Below are positions 9,839 to 18,347 of a DNA stretch of 24,870 nucleotides, one piece after another. This DNA comes from Aulosira sp. ZfuVER01 (GTDB taxonomy: Bacteria; Cyanobacteriota; Cyanobacteriia; Cyanobacteriales; Nostocaceae): positions 1 to 24,870 of the forward strand of contig JAVRCV020000021.1 of the NCBI GenBank assembly GCA_034530615.2, written 5' to 3'. The notes below the pieces were generated by a model. The model was not told the DNA's origin and made no database searches. It saw only the letters and a program-made list of their open reading frames with translations. Within the stretch, counting starts at the first letter, position 1; each line of letters begins with the position of its first letter. Both the position numbers and the translations under genes were made by a program.

Positions 9839-11318
9839 TTTGTCTCAACCTCCTTTCTAAAACCGATGCACTCCAAGTCAGTCCCATAACTAAAACATAG
9901 TAGATGAACCCAGCAAACAGCAGTGGTTCAAAGTAAATATATTTATTTGCACCGACAATTTGGGCGCTGCGTAATATTTCCACTACACCAATTGTTGAAA
10001 CTAAAGCCGAATCTTTCAATAGTCCAATAGTTTCATTTACCAATGCTGGGAGAATGTTCTTCAATGCTTGGGGCAAAATAATGTCCCACATCATTAATCG
10101 GTAAGGAACACCCATAGACATCGCCGCCTCAGCTTGTCCTTTATCTACAGCTTGGATTCCACCCCGAATGGTTTCTGACATATAAGCCCCAGAGTTGAGC
10201 GTAAAAGTTAATACTCCTGCTTGTAAAGCCGAGATATCATAGCCTGTAAGCTGGGGCGTTGCATAATAAACCAACGCCAACTGTAACAGTAAAGGTGTGC
10301 CACGAAATACAGAGGTATAAGCGTTAGCCAGCCAGGTAAGCGGCTTGATACCAGTGATTTTGCATAAAGAGAGAACTGTACCCCAAATTAACCCTAGAAA
10401 TACGGAAAAGAGGGTAAATAATAAAGTTAATGGGATACCTTTGAGGATAAAGGGAAGATCTGGGAGAATTCGGGTAAAGTCCAGATTTAGCCCACCTTTA
10501 GCAGGTGAAGATAAAGTAGGGGCTGAGGTATTCTGCGTAAACCACTTAGTGATTAATTTTTCGAGTTCACCATTGTCCTTCATTTGTTGCAAACCTCGAT
10601 TAAAAGGTTGTACAAAAGCCGAACCCTTAGGAAATGCGATCGCAGATCCACTCGCTTCTTCAGAAGGAATGACGTTAAACTCTAATTCTGGGTTAGCTTG
10701 AGCAAATCCCCTAGCCACAGTATCCTCAACAATTGCGGCATCAATTCGCCCTGATTTGATTTCTTGAATAATTTCCGGTACTTTATTCAGTTGCTTAAGT
10801 TGAATCCCTGTAACTTTTTGGGCAATTTTTTTGGCATTTTGCTCTTGAATAGTTCCCAATTGAATACCGATTTTTTTGCCAGCTAAATCTTGAGGCTGTT
10901 TAAGGTTGCTATTTTTAGGAGCGACAATAGTATCTTTTGCTTCGTAATAAATAATAGAAAAATCGACATTTTTCTTACGTTCTGGGGTAGGAGTCATCCC
11001 AGCCATCACAAAGTCAGCCCGATTTGCTTGGAGTGCAGGAATTAGTCCATTAAAATCAGATTCCATGACTTTGAGTTTAAACCCCAGTTTTTGAGCCAGG
11101 TTCTTGGCAATATCTATATCAAAGCCAACAATTTGCCTTTCACCGCCCTGAGTATCATAAAACTCATAAGGAGGATAATCTGGGGAAGTAATCATTGTCA
11201 GTGTGTCCTTACCTAAAGATGAGGTCGCTTTTAGAGAATAGCTCTGACCTGCAATGATGCTGATTACTAGCATTGCTGCAAACAGCATCGTTAACAGCCT
11301 GACTTTTCTTTTGTGCAT
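9831..11318 (-). CDS. Polar amino-acid ABC transporter, fused substrate-binding protein and permease
   Basis: SBP family 3 motifs (SPDYPPYEF, GFDIDIA, MTPTPERKK) followed by HisM-type permease (FRGTPLL, AYMSETIRGGI). Start set at ATG 11318 (or GTG 11321), which follows GGAGAG and precedes a signal-like helix. Confidence 0.92.
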   Translation of the reverse strand: MHKRKVRLLTMLFAAMLVISIIAGQSYSLKATSSLGKDTLTMITSPDYPPYEFYDTQGGERQIVGFDIDIAKNLAQKLGFKLKVMESDFNGLIPALQANRADFVMAGMTPTPERKKNVDFSIIYYEAKDTIVAPKNSNLKQPQDLAGKKIGIQLGTIQEQNAKKIAQKVTGIQLKQLNKVPEIIQEIKSGRIDAAIVEDTVARGFAQANPELEFNVIPSEEASGSAIAFPKGSAFVQPFNRGLQQMKDNGELEKLITKWFTQNTSAPTLSSPAKGGLNLDFTRILPDLPFILKGIPLTLLFTLFSVFLGLIWGTVLSLCKITGIKPLTWLANAYTSVFRGTPLLLQLALVYYATPQLTGYDISALQAGVLTFTLNSGAYMSETIRGGIQAVDKGQAEAAMSMGVPYRLMMWDIILPQALKNILPALVNETIGLLKDSALVSTIGVVEILRSAQIVGANKYIYFEPLLFAGFIYYVLVMGLTWSASVLERRLRQSE

Positions 11319-11455
11319 CACAATCTCTCCGGTGTTGGGTAAATCTTGTACATAATTTACGATTGACTCCCCGTTAAATAAATAGTCGGCATTCGTGAAG
11401 CAATCAAGCAATGCGAGATGCTGCAATGAAATTTATTTTTTAAATTGTCAAACCC

Positions 11456-11920
11456 ATGAATGTGAAACTTCGCGAAATTACATTTGAAGATAAATTTAGT
11501 GGAATTCTTGGTGTGGTAATTGGAGTGGTGTTTATTGGGGTAGGTTTTTGGGCAAACAACAACTTTATACACGAGCGTGCCACACTAACAGAAACACAGG
11601 GTACAGTTGTAGATACCGCCCATCGTCGGGAGCGCGATAGTAAGGATAAGCAAAAAGATACCTATGCGCCAATTATCGAGTTTCTTGCGAAGGGCGATCG
11701 CGTTCACTTTACAGGTCGGTATGATTCTTACAGAGTTAGTAACGGCAAAATAGTAGCTGTTCGTTACGACCCCAAGCAACCAGCAACTACCGCGCGTGAA
11801 GTGCAAGATTTTGAATCATTGGCACCTTGGATGGCGTTTGGTATGGGCGGGTTAAGCTTAGTTTCTGGACTGCGCCAGTTGTCGCCTATACGCTTATCTT
11901 TAGGTGAGGGTAAAGCGTAA
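11456..11920 (+). CDS. DUF3592-like two-TM membrane protein
   Basis: TM, GTVVD, YAPIIEF, VAVRYDPKQP, TM architecture. Confidence 0.7.
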   Translation: MNVKLREITFEDKFSGILGVVIGVVFIGVGFWANNNFIHERATLTETQGTVVDTAHRRERDSKDKQKDTYAPIIEFLAKGDRVHFTGRYDSYRVSNGKIVAVRYDPKQPATTAREVQDFESLAPWMAFGMGGLSLVSGLRQLSPIRLSLGEGKA

Positions 11921-11973
11921 ACATTCAACAGTAATACAAATTCAAATAATGTTTGCAAAACATAAATTATTGC

Positions 11974-12000
11974 TAAGGGCACAACAATGTTGTGCCCTTA
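11974..12000. repeat. REP-like perfect palindrome
   Basis: TAAGGGCACAACA-a-TGTTGTGCCCTTA, 13-bp arms. Confidence 0.85.
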
Positions 12001-12010
12001 TCTATCTGTT

Positions 12011-12111
12011 ATACCAATTTTGGATTTTAGATTTTGGATTTTGGATTGACAATCTTTACCATCAGACAGTTCCAGATATCTCAAACAATACTACTTATCC
12101 CAATTTGGTAT
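12011..12111. mobile_element. Putative miniature inverted-repeat element containing heptamer repeats
   Basis: Ends ATACCAATTTTGGAT and ATCCCAATTTGGTAT (13/15 complementary); ATTTT(G/A)G repeated four times inside the left end. Confidence 0.5.
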
Positions 12112-12177
12112 CATATTCTATGTTCAAATTGGTGTCATAAAATGAACATCTTGCATAAGTCGATTTTTTGAATATAC

Positions 12178-12241
12178 AACCACAGATAAACACAGATAAA
12201 TATCGGTGTTTATCTGTGTTAATCGGTGTTCATCTGTGGTT
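12178..12241. repeat. Inverted array of 10-bp repeats overlapping the RND gene 3' end
   Basis: AACCACAGATAAACACAGATAAA followed by four ATC(T/G)GTG(T/G)T-type units in the opposite orientation, ending CATCTGTGGTT. Confidence 0.85.
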
Positions 12242-15200
12242 CCTTTTCTTTTTCCTGTCTAAGTTGCTGCTTCTGCTTTTTGTCTGTTTTCTTCAGCCGC
12301 TTACGAAACGATTCCATGTAGGTGTAGAAAACAGGAGTAATATACAGCGTGAGTAGTTGAGAGAACAATAATCCGCCCACAACTGCTAAACCTAAAGGAC
12401 GGCGAGATTCTGCACCTGCACCTAAACCGAGGGCGATTGGTAGAGTACCCATCAATGCTGCCATTGTGGTCATCATGATCGGACGAAATCGCACCACGCA
12501 AGCTTCATATATGGCATCAAACGGCGTTTTACCTTGATTTTGTTGGGCATCCATTGCAAAGTCAATCATCATAATGCCGTTTTTCTTGACGATACCAACT
12601 AGCATGATAATGCCCACAAAAGCGTAGATATTCAAATCAACACCAAATAGCATTAAGGTGAGCAAAGCACCAAAACCAGCAGAGGGTAAGCTAGAAAGAA
12701 TTGTGATTGGGTGAATAAAATCTTCGTAGAGAATCCCCAATACAATATAAATTACTGCAATCGCAATTAACAGCAAAAATCCCAAGCTAGAAAGCGAAGA
12801 TTGAAACACCTGTGCTGTCCCTTGGAAACTGGTACTAATGGTTGCGGGTAATGTTTCACGCGCTAATTTTTCAATATTTCCTGTAACGCTACCAAGTGAT
12901 ACTCCTGGTTTGAGGTTAAAGGAAATAGTCACCGCAGCAAGTTGTCCAGAATGGTTAACTGTTAACGGCCCAACGCCTTTACTCAAAGTTGCAACTGCAT
13001 TTAATGGTACTTCTTGACCGCTACTAGAACGAATTGTTAATAAATCAAGGTCATTGGGACTGAGTTGATACTTTGGATCTACTCCCATAACTACTTGATA
13101 CTGACCATCTGATGCATAGATAGTAGAAACCTGACGAGTACCATAGGCGTTATTTAATGTGGTTTCTATTTGATTGGCCGTCAATCCAAAGGTTGCAGCT
13201 TGTTCGCGGTTAAATTGGACGTTAATTTGGGGATTTTTGATTTGCAAGTCACTATTAACATCTTGCAATTCTGGCATTTGTCGCATTTTCGCTTCTAAAG
13301 CTGGCGCGTATTGATACAACTCTTGTAAATTTGGGCTAGAAAGTCCAAATTGGTACAGCGCTTTTGTTTGTTGTCCACCCAACCTGATAGATGGCGGGTT
13401 TTGCACAAAGGCTCTAATGCCCGGTATACCAGTCAGTTTGGGTCGTAGTTCATCCGCTACTTCATCAGCACTTTTGTGGCGTTGAGAATGGGGTTTTAAT
13501 TTAACAAAGATACGCCCTGAGTTAGATGTGGCGTTGGCTCCACCTGCACCGACACTGGAGTTAATGGATTCAACATTAGGGTTGCGACGCACGATGTTGG
13601 CTACTACTTGTTGGTGCTTTACCATCTCAGCAAAGGAAATATCTTGAGCCGCTTCTGTGGTGACGCTTAACTGTCCGGTATCATCATTGGGAATAAATCC
13701 TTTGGGAACGATCGCAAACAAATATATGGTTGCGACTAAAATCACTCCCGAAAGAATCATTGTCGTGCGGTGATATTTCATTGATAGCTTTAAGGTGGCT
13801 TCGTAACCCCGCAGCATTGTATCAAATACCCATTCTGAAGCATTATAAAGACGACGTTTCCAATTTTTAGATTTCTGTTTTTTGGGTTTATTTATTTGAT
13901 GTCCATTACCATCGTTGGATATCGTATTGCCATTGTCTACAATATGATGTCCATTATTGAGTATGCTATTGCCATTGTCTGCATGATTCAATTCATTGTT
14001 AGATATAACATAGCCATTGCCTGGATTATCAAATTCATCTTTGGATATAACAAGGTTATCGCCTACGCGATCGTGTCCATTGTTTGAATGTTGATGCTCG
14101 CCTTCGTGATTAAGAAAACGGCTACAAAGCATCGGTGTCAGGGTAAGAGAAATAAACCCTGATACTAAAATTGAAACGCTAATAGTGACAGCAAACTCGC
14201 TAAATAGCCTTCCCAAAATGCCACCCATAAACATAATGGGAATAAATACAGCTACCAAGGAAATCGTCATCGATAAAATCGTGAAACCAATTTCTCTGGA
14301 ACCGTTGAGGGCTGCTTGCATTCGATTTTCGCCCATTTCCATGTGACGCACTATGTTTTCTAGCATCACTACTGCATCGTCTACCACAAAGCCAACTGCT
14401 AGGGTAAGTGCCATCAATGAAAGGTTATCCAAAGAATAACCAAGTAGTAGCATTACCCCAAAGGTGGCTACGAGTGACAAAGGTACAGCCAAGCTGGGAA
14501 TGATAGTAGCTGAGATGTTCCGTAAAAATAGAAAAATTACTAAAATCACCAAGCAAATAGTGAGGAATAAGGTAAATTTGACATCATTTACTGACTCGCG
14601 AATAGATTGGGAACGGTCATATAGAATTTCCATATTTACCGCTGCTGGAATTTGCTCTTGGAAGCTAGGCAAAATTTTATTAATAGCATCTACAACTGCA
14701 ACGGTATTACTTCCTGGTTGGCGTTGAATTGCTAAGATAATTGCCCGCTTACCATTAAACCAACTTGCTACTTTATCGTTTTCGACGCTATCAAATACTT
14801 TACCTAATTCTCTTAATTGAATTGGTGCACCGTTACGGTAAGCAACTACTAAAGAACTATAGGCTTCAGCATTATTTAATTGTCCATTTGATTCAATAGT
14901 TAAGTTTTGGTTTTGTCCGTAAAGATTACCGGTAGGTAAATTAGAATTCCCTTTGGAAATTGCATCTGCTACTTCATCAATTCCCAAACCTTTAGCACTC
15001 AAAGATTGGGGGTCTAGATAAATGCGAACAGCATACTTTTGCGAACCATAAACCTGTACCTGCGCCACACCATCAACCATTGAAAGGCGCTGCGCTAACA
15101 TTGTTTCGCCGTACTTATCCACTTCTGACAACGGTAGTGCTGTCGAGTTTAAAGATATATATAAAATAGGTGAATCTGCGGGGTTGACTTTGCGGTATGA

Positions 15201-15581
15201 CGGCGGATTAGGCATACTAGTCGGTAACTGTCGCGCTGCTTTTGCGATCGCAGATTGCACATCTTGAGCTGCACTGTCTATATCTCGGCTCAAGTTAAAT
15301 TGCAGCGTAATCTGTGCTGAACCCAGAGAACTTGTCGAATTCATCGAATCCAAACCAGCAATACTAGAAAATTGCTGTTCTAATGGTGTTGCGACTGACG
15401 AAGCTACTGTCTCAGGACTAGCTCCCGGTAAGCTAGCTGACACCTGAATTGTCGGGAAATCTACGGTAGGTAAGTCACTTACTGGTAGTAATTGATAACT
15501 CATTAAACCAAACACCATGATGGCTAACATCACGAGTGTGGTCATGATCGGTCGGCGGATGAATAGTGCAGAGATGTTCAT
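12219..15581 (-). CDS. HAE1-family RND efflux permease (MdtB/MdtC-like)
   Basis: FIRRPIMT, GFVVDDAVVMLENI, GIVKKNGIMM, RFRPIMMTT; 1120 aa including an ~80-aa central insertion. Confidence 0.95.
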   Translation of the reverse strand: MNISALFIRRPIMTTLVMLAIMVFGLMSYQLLPVSDLPTVDFPTIQVSASLPGASPETVASSVATPLEQQFSSIAGLDSMNSTSSLGSAQITLQFNLSRDIDSAAQDVQSAIAKAARQLPTSMPNPPSYRKVNPADSPILYISLNSTALPLSEVDKYGETMLAQRLSMVDGVAQVQVYGSQKYAVRIYLDPQSLSAKGLGIDEVADAISKGNSNLPTGNLYGQNQNLTIESNGQLNNAEAYSSLVVAYRNGAPIQLRELGKVFDSVENDKVASWFNGKRAIILAIQRQPGSNTVAVVDAINKILPSFQEQIPAAVNMEILYDRSQSIRESVNDVKFTLFLTICLVILVIFLFLRNISATIIPSLAVPLSLVATFGVMLLLGYSLDNLSLMALTLAVGFVVDDAVVMLENIVRHMEMGENRMQAALNGSREIGFTILSMTISLVAVFIPIMFMGGILGRLFSEFAVTISVSILVSGFISLTLTPMLCSRFLNHEGEHQHSNNGHDRVGDNLVISKDEFDNPGNGYVISNNELNHADNGNSILNNGHHIVDNGNTISNDGNGHQINKPKKQKSKNWKRRLYNASEWVFDTMLRGYEATLKLSMKYHRTTMILSGVILVATIYLFAIVPKGFIPNDDTGQLSVTTEAAQDISFAEMVKHQQVVANIVRRNPNVESINSSVGAGGANATSNSGRIFVKLKPHSQRHKSADEVADELRPKLTGIPGIRAFVQNPPSIRLGGQQTKALYQFGLSSPNLQELYQYAPALEAKMRQMPELQDVNSDLQIKNPQINVQFNREQAATFGLTANQIETTLNNAYGTRQVSTIYASDGQYQVVMGVDPKYQLSPNDLDLLTIRSSSGQEVPLNAVATLSKGVGPLTVNHSGQLAAVTISFNLKPGVSLGSVTGNIEKLARETLPATISTSFQGTAQVFQSSLSSLGFLLLIAIAVIYIVLGILYEDFIHPITILSSLPSAGFGALLTLMLFGVDLNIYAFVGIIMLVGIVKKNGIMMIDFAMDAQQNQGKTPFDAIYEACVVRFRPIMMTTMAALMGTLPIALGLGAGAESRRPLGLAVVGGLLFSQLLTLYITPVFYTYMESFRKRLKKTDKKQKQQLRQEKEKEPQMNTD

Positions 15582-15599
15582 AGGGTGTCGGGGAGGCTG

Positions 15600-15656
15600 G
15601 GGGACATGGGAGCAGGGGGAGCAGAGGAGACAAATGACTCTTGACCCTGGACTCTT
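15600..15656. repeat. Degenerate short tandem repeats between the MFP and RND genes
   Basis: GAGCAG(G/A)GG twice, then GACTCTT/GACCCTG/GACTCTT heptamers. Confidence 0.55.
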
Positions 15657-15691
15657 GGCAAGTTTAAGTATAAATATTTACAAAATAAAAG

Positions 15692-17107
15692 TTATTGTGA
15701 GGAGTTTTGATTTCCTTGGTTAACGTCTCCTGACCTCTGTCCTACAGCTGGCTTAATTTGCACTTTGGCTTTTGGTTTGAGGTTAAATTGTCCGTCAGTG
15801 ACGACTTGCTCGCCTTCTTTTAGCCCTTGCTGAATGACTGATTCATTGCCAACTGCGTTACCTACGACAACTGAACGCATATCTACGGTTTGGTCGGCAG
15901 TATTTAATACATAGACAAACTGTCCTTGTTGTCCTGTCTGGATGGCTGTGGTTGGTACAACTATGGCGTTGGGTTCTTGAGTTAGCCTGACAACTACGTT
16001 GACAAATTGACCTGGTGATAGCCGTCCATCGCTATTAGCAAAGCTACTTTTCAGTTGAATAGTCCCTGTTGTCGGATCTACACCACTATCTACGAAGAAC
16101 AGTTCGCCACGTTCGGGACGCTGTTCATCTTTGGGAATGTAGGCATCTACTGCTATTTTTCCCTGTGCCCGATATTTATTAAGTTCTGGCAGTAGGCGTT
16201 GGGGTAGGGACGTAGTAACGTAAATTGGGCTAATTTGACTAATTGTGACCAAGGGGTTGGTGTCATTGTCTTTGACCAAGTTGCCCTGATTAACCTTTAA
16301 GCTGCCTGTACGCCCGGTAATTGGAGAAAAAATCGAATTATAAGATAGTGCGATTTTAGCGCTGTCAACTGCGGCTTCTGCGGCACTAACTTCTGCTTTC
16401 GCATTATTTAAGTCTGCTTTTGCGGCATCAACTGCGGCAATGGTGTTGGCTATACCTTCCTTATCTGCGATTAATGTTGCTTTTTGAGCATCAGATGCGG
16501 TACTAAACTGCTCTGCTTGCTCTTTGCTAATCGCGCCTTGTTTGAAAAGCGTACCATAGCGTTGTGCTTGGGCTTGGGCGTTTTTCGCTTGGGTTTGGTC
16601 TTTGAGGAGATTAGCTTTGGCTTGATTGACTTGCGCTACAGCTTTAGAGAGGTTAGCCTGCGCTTGTTTTACCTGAGCGATCGCTTTTTCTCGGTTTGCT
16701 TGGGCTTGCATTAAGGCTGCTTGTTGCGGTCTAGAATCTATTTTGAATAGCAGTTGCCCTTTCTTAACATTCTGACCTTCTTGAAAATAAACTCCTGTGA
16801 GCGGCCCTGCAACTTGCGACTTCACCGCTACAGTTGAATACGCCACCACAGTTCCTGTTTGTCGTAACTCAATCGGGATGGTTTTGCGGGTTACTGTCGC
16901 TACGACAACAGGTACAGCACGCTGCTGATTTTTGCCTTGTTGCTTATTGGACTGTGCTTCAGTTGCCGTACAGCCACACAGAGCAATCAAGCTGAACAGC
17001 ACGATTCCCTTGCTCAACTGTTTTGGCAACATCAGCTTTTGAGCGTCTAAAGAAGGTCTAGTCTTACACTTAAGAGATAAATATCTCATACTGACCAGCG
17101 ACAGCAT
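15692..17107 (-). CDS. RND periplasmic adaptor (membrane fusion protein, MdtA-like)
   Basis: VAVKSQVAG, GQNVKKGQLLFKID, long Ala/Gln coiled-coil, SPITGRTG, VDPTTGTI; lipobox-like LIALCGC; exact start uncertain. Confidence 0.92.
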   Translation of the reverse strand: MLSLVSMRYLSLKCKTRPSLDAQKLMLPKQLSKGIVLFSLIALCGCTATEAQSNKQQGKNQQRAVPVVVATVTRKTIPIELRQTGTVVAYSTVAVKSQVAGPLTGVYFQEGQNVKKGQLLFKIDSRPQQAALMQAQANREKAIAQVKQAQANLSKAVAQVNQAKANLLKDQTQAKNAQAQAQRYGTLFKQGAISKEQAEQFSTASDAQKATLIADKEGIANTIAAVDAAKADLNNAKAEVSAAEAAVDSAKIALSYNSIFSPITGRTGSLKVNQGNLVKDNDTNPLVTISQISPIYVTTSLPQRLLPELNKYRAQGKIAVDAYIPKDEQRPERGELFFVDSGVDPTTGTIQLKSSFANSDGRLSPGQFVNVVVRLTQEPNAIVVPTTAIQTGQQGQFVYVLNTADQTVDMRSVVVGNAVGNESVIQQGLKEGEQVVTDGQFNLKPKAKVQIKPAVGQRSGDVNQGNQNSSQ

Positions 17108-17175
17108 TGATGAAAGCCTCTAATAAAGGTTTAACAGATGTTGAAAAAACACACACTCAATATTAGCTAAAATTA

Positions 17176-17190
17176 GTTAGCCATGCTAAC
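17176..17190. promoter_or_regulatory. Candidate MarR operator
   Basis: GTTAGC-cat-GCTAAC palindrome about 70 bp upstream of the MFP ORF, in the region divergent from marR. Confidence 0.55.
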
Positions 17191-17364
17191 AGTTAGTCAA
17201 ACATCTATCGTCAGAACCATTTCTGGTATAACCTGCCAAAAAATTACTGGAAGCTTCCTGCTGCCATCTAATGCATAAAACATAAGGTTTTTACAGATTT
17301 GGTTAGGTAGAGTGAGTAAGAGTAACCGCAGCGTGACAAATGACAGTTTTGGCGCAAAATCTCT

Positions 17365-17439
17365 TACCAAATCCGCCTTTATAACTCCGCTTTGTCCTGA
17401 CAACTTTATCAAATCGGAGTATTTAAACGGGATTTGGTA
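17365..17439. repeat. Imperfect long inverted repeat (MITE-like)
   Basis: TACCAAATCC...GGATTTGGTA perfect 10-bp ends; 30-bp arms match 23/30, including ACTCCG/CGGAGT. Confidence 0.65.
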
Positions 17440-17491
17440 CTCAGTCATGCGATCGCCTCAACTCTTCGCCAAATTCCAAATCTAAAATTGT

Positions 17492-17968
17492 ATGATTCCT
17501 AAAAAACTAGCTCCCGAAGTCACTCCAGAACAATGCGCTGCCAAAATGATGGAAACAATTCCGACCATCATCAAGTTCTTTCGCACAGAAATGCGACGGA
17601 ATGCTTCTTTTCTGCCAGAATCGCTTTCAGTCCCGCAATTTCGGACGCTGGCTTTCCTCGACCGCTATCCAAGTTCTTCTCTTTCTCAAGTAGCAGAGCA
17701 TTTAGGGGTAACTAGAGCTACAGCTTCAACTCTTACAGACCGTCTCGTACAAAAGAATTTGGTCAGTAGGGTAGAAAATCCTCAAGAGCGCCGCCATGTT
17801 CTCCTTAATTTAACGGATGCAGGAAAGTATCATCTACAACAAATTCGCGCATTGACGAGTGCAAGAATTGCCTCTGTTTTAAGTAACCTACCAGAGGAAC
17901 AAATGCGAAGTGTGGTAGAAGGATTAACAGTGCTGAGTAGTACTTTTGAACAAGTAATGCCGGAATAG
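17492..17968 (+). CDS. MarR-family transcriptional regulator
   Basis: LSVPQFRTL, SLSQVAEHLGVTRATASTLTDRLVQKNLV, ERR wing, LTDAG. Confidence 0.93.
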   Translation: MIPKKLAPEVTPEQCAAKMMETIPTIIKFFRTEMRRNASFLPESLSVPQFRTLAFLDRYPSSSLSQVAEHLGVTRATASTLTDRLVQKNLVSRVENPQERRHVLLNLTDAGKYHLQQIRALTSARIASVLSNLPEEQMRSVVEGLTVLSSTFEQVMPE

Positions 17969-18036
17969 TAGGTTTTTAACTGAAAATATTTGATAATTTA
18001 GAATTTTTTAGCAACTGAATTCTTGAATTTCTTGCT

Positions 18037-18084
18037 GCGATCGCGCTTTCAAAATTAACAACGCGATCGCTATAATTTATGACA
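18037..18084. repeat. Direct repeat copy 1 (double-HIP1 hairpin)
   Basis: GCGATCGCGCTTTCAAAATTAACAACGCGATCGCTATAATTTATGACA. Confidence 0.85.
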
Positions 18085-18222
18085 GTTTCCCCGACAAGCT
18101 TCTAGTGTCGCAGCATTTGCCCATACACCTGGACAATCAGGAATTTCGCTATAAAACGTTCTATCTTCCAGCAACTCATAAGTTGCTTTGTGCATTGCTG
18201 TATTGATGTAATCTGTTAACAT
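18070..18222 (-). pseudogene. hicB: C-terminally truncated HicB/UPF0150-family antitoxin
   Basis: Manual translation MLTDYINTAMHKATYELLEDRTFYSEIPDCPGVWANAATLEACRGNCHKL* resembles the HicB N-terminal pattern; the last residues come from the repeat and the expected following helix is missing. Confidence 0.75.
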
Positions 18223-18297
18223 TTCTATTTTTGAGACTGAATATAATTACTATATTCTCTTGAAAATAATGTCGTACTATTCAGGCTTAATATTTAG

Positions 18298-18346
18298 GCG
18301 ATCGCGCTTTTAATACTAGACAACGCGATCGCGACAATTTATAACA
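18298..18346. repeat. Direct repeat copy 2 (double-HIP1 hairpin) directly after the ctaB stop
   Basis: GCGATCGCGCTTTTAATACTAGACAACGCGATCGCGACAATTTATAACA. Confidence 0.85.
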
Positions 18347-18347
18347 T

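Noticed and set aside
11348..11360. NtcA-like site upstream of the amino-acid transporter (a similar one lies at 195-207)
   Set aside because: Spacing is GTA-N7-TAC, not the N8 consensus.
11319..11426. N-terminal extension of the 531-aa ABC ORF
   Set aside because: The RBS and signal-like helix point to 11318/11321; the longer start would leave only 29 bp for two divergent promoters.
11904..12356. 78-aa and 62-aa plus-strand ORFs
   Set aside because: They are translations of repeat elements (FWILDFGFWI, QINTDK) and of the RND antisense strand.
17197..17448. 83-aa minus-strand ORF in the MFP/marR intergenic region
   Set aside because: No recognisable motif and it overlaps an inverted repeat; cannot be supported, though not excluded.
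18037..18346. CRISPR array
   Set aside because: Only two repeats, about 210 bp between them, and no cas genes in the window.
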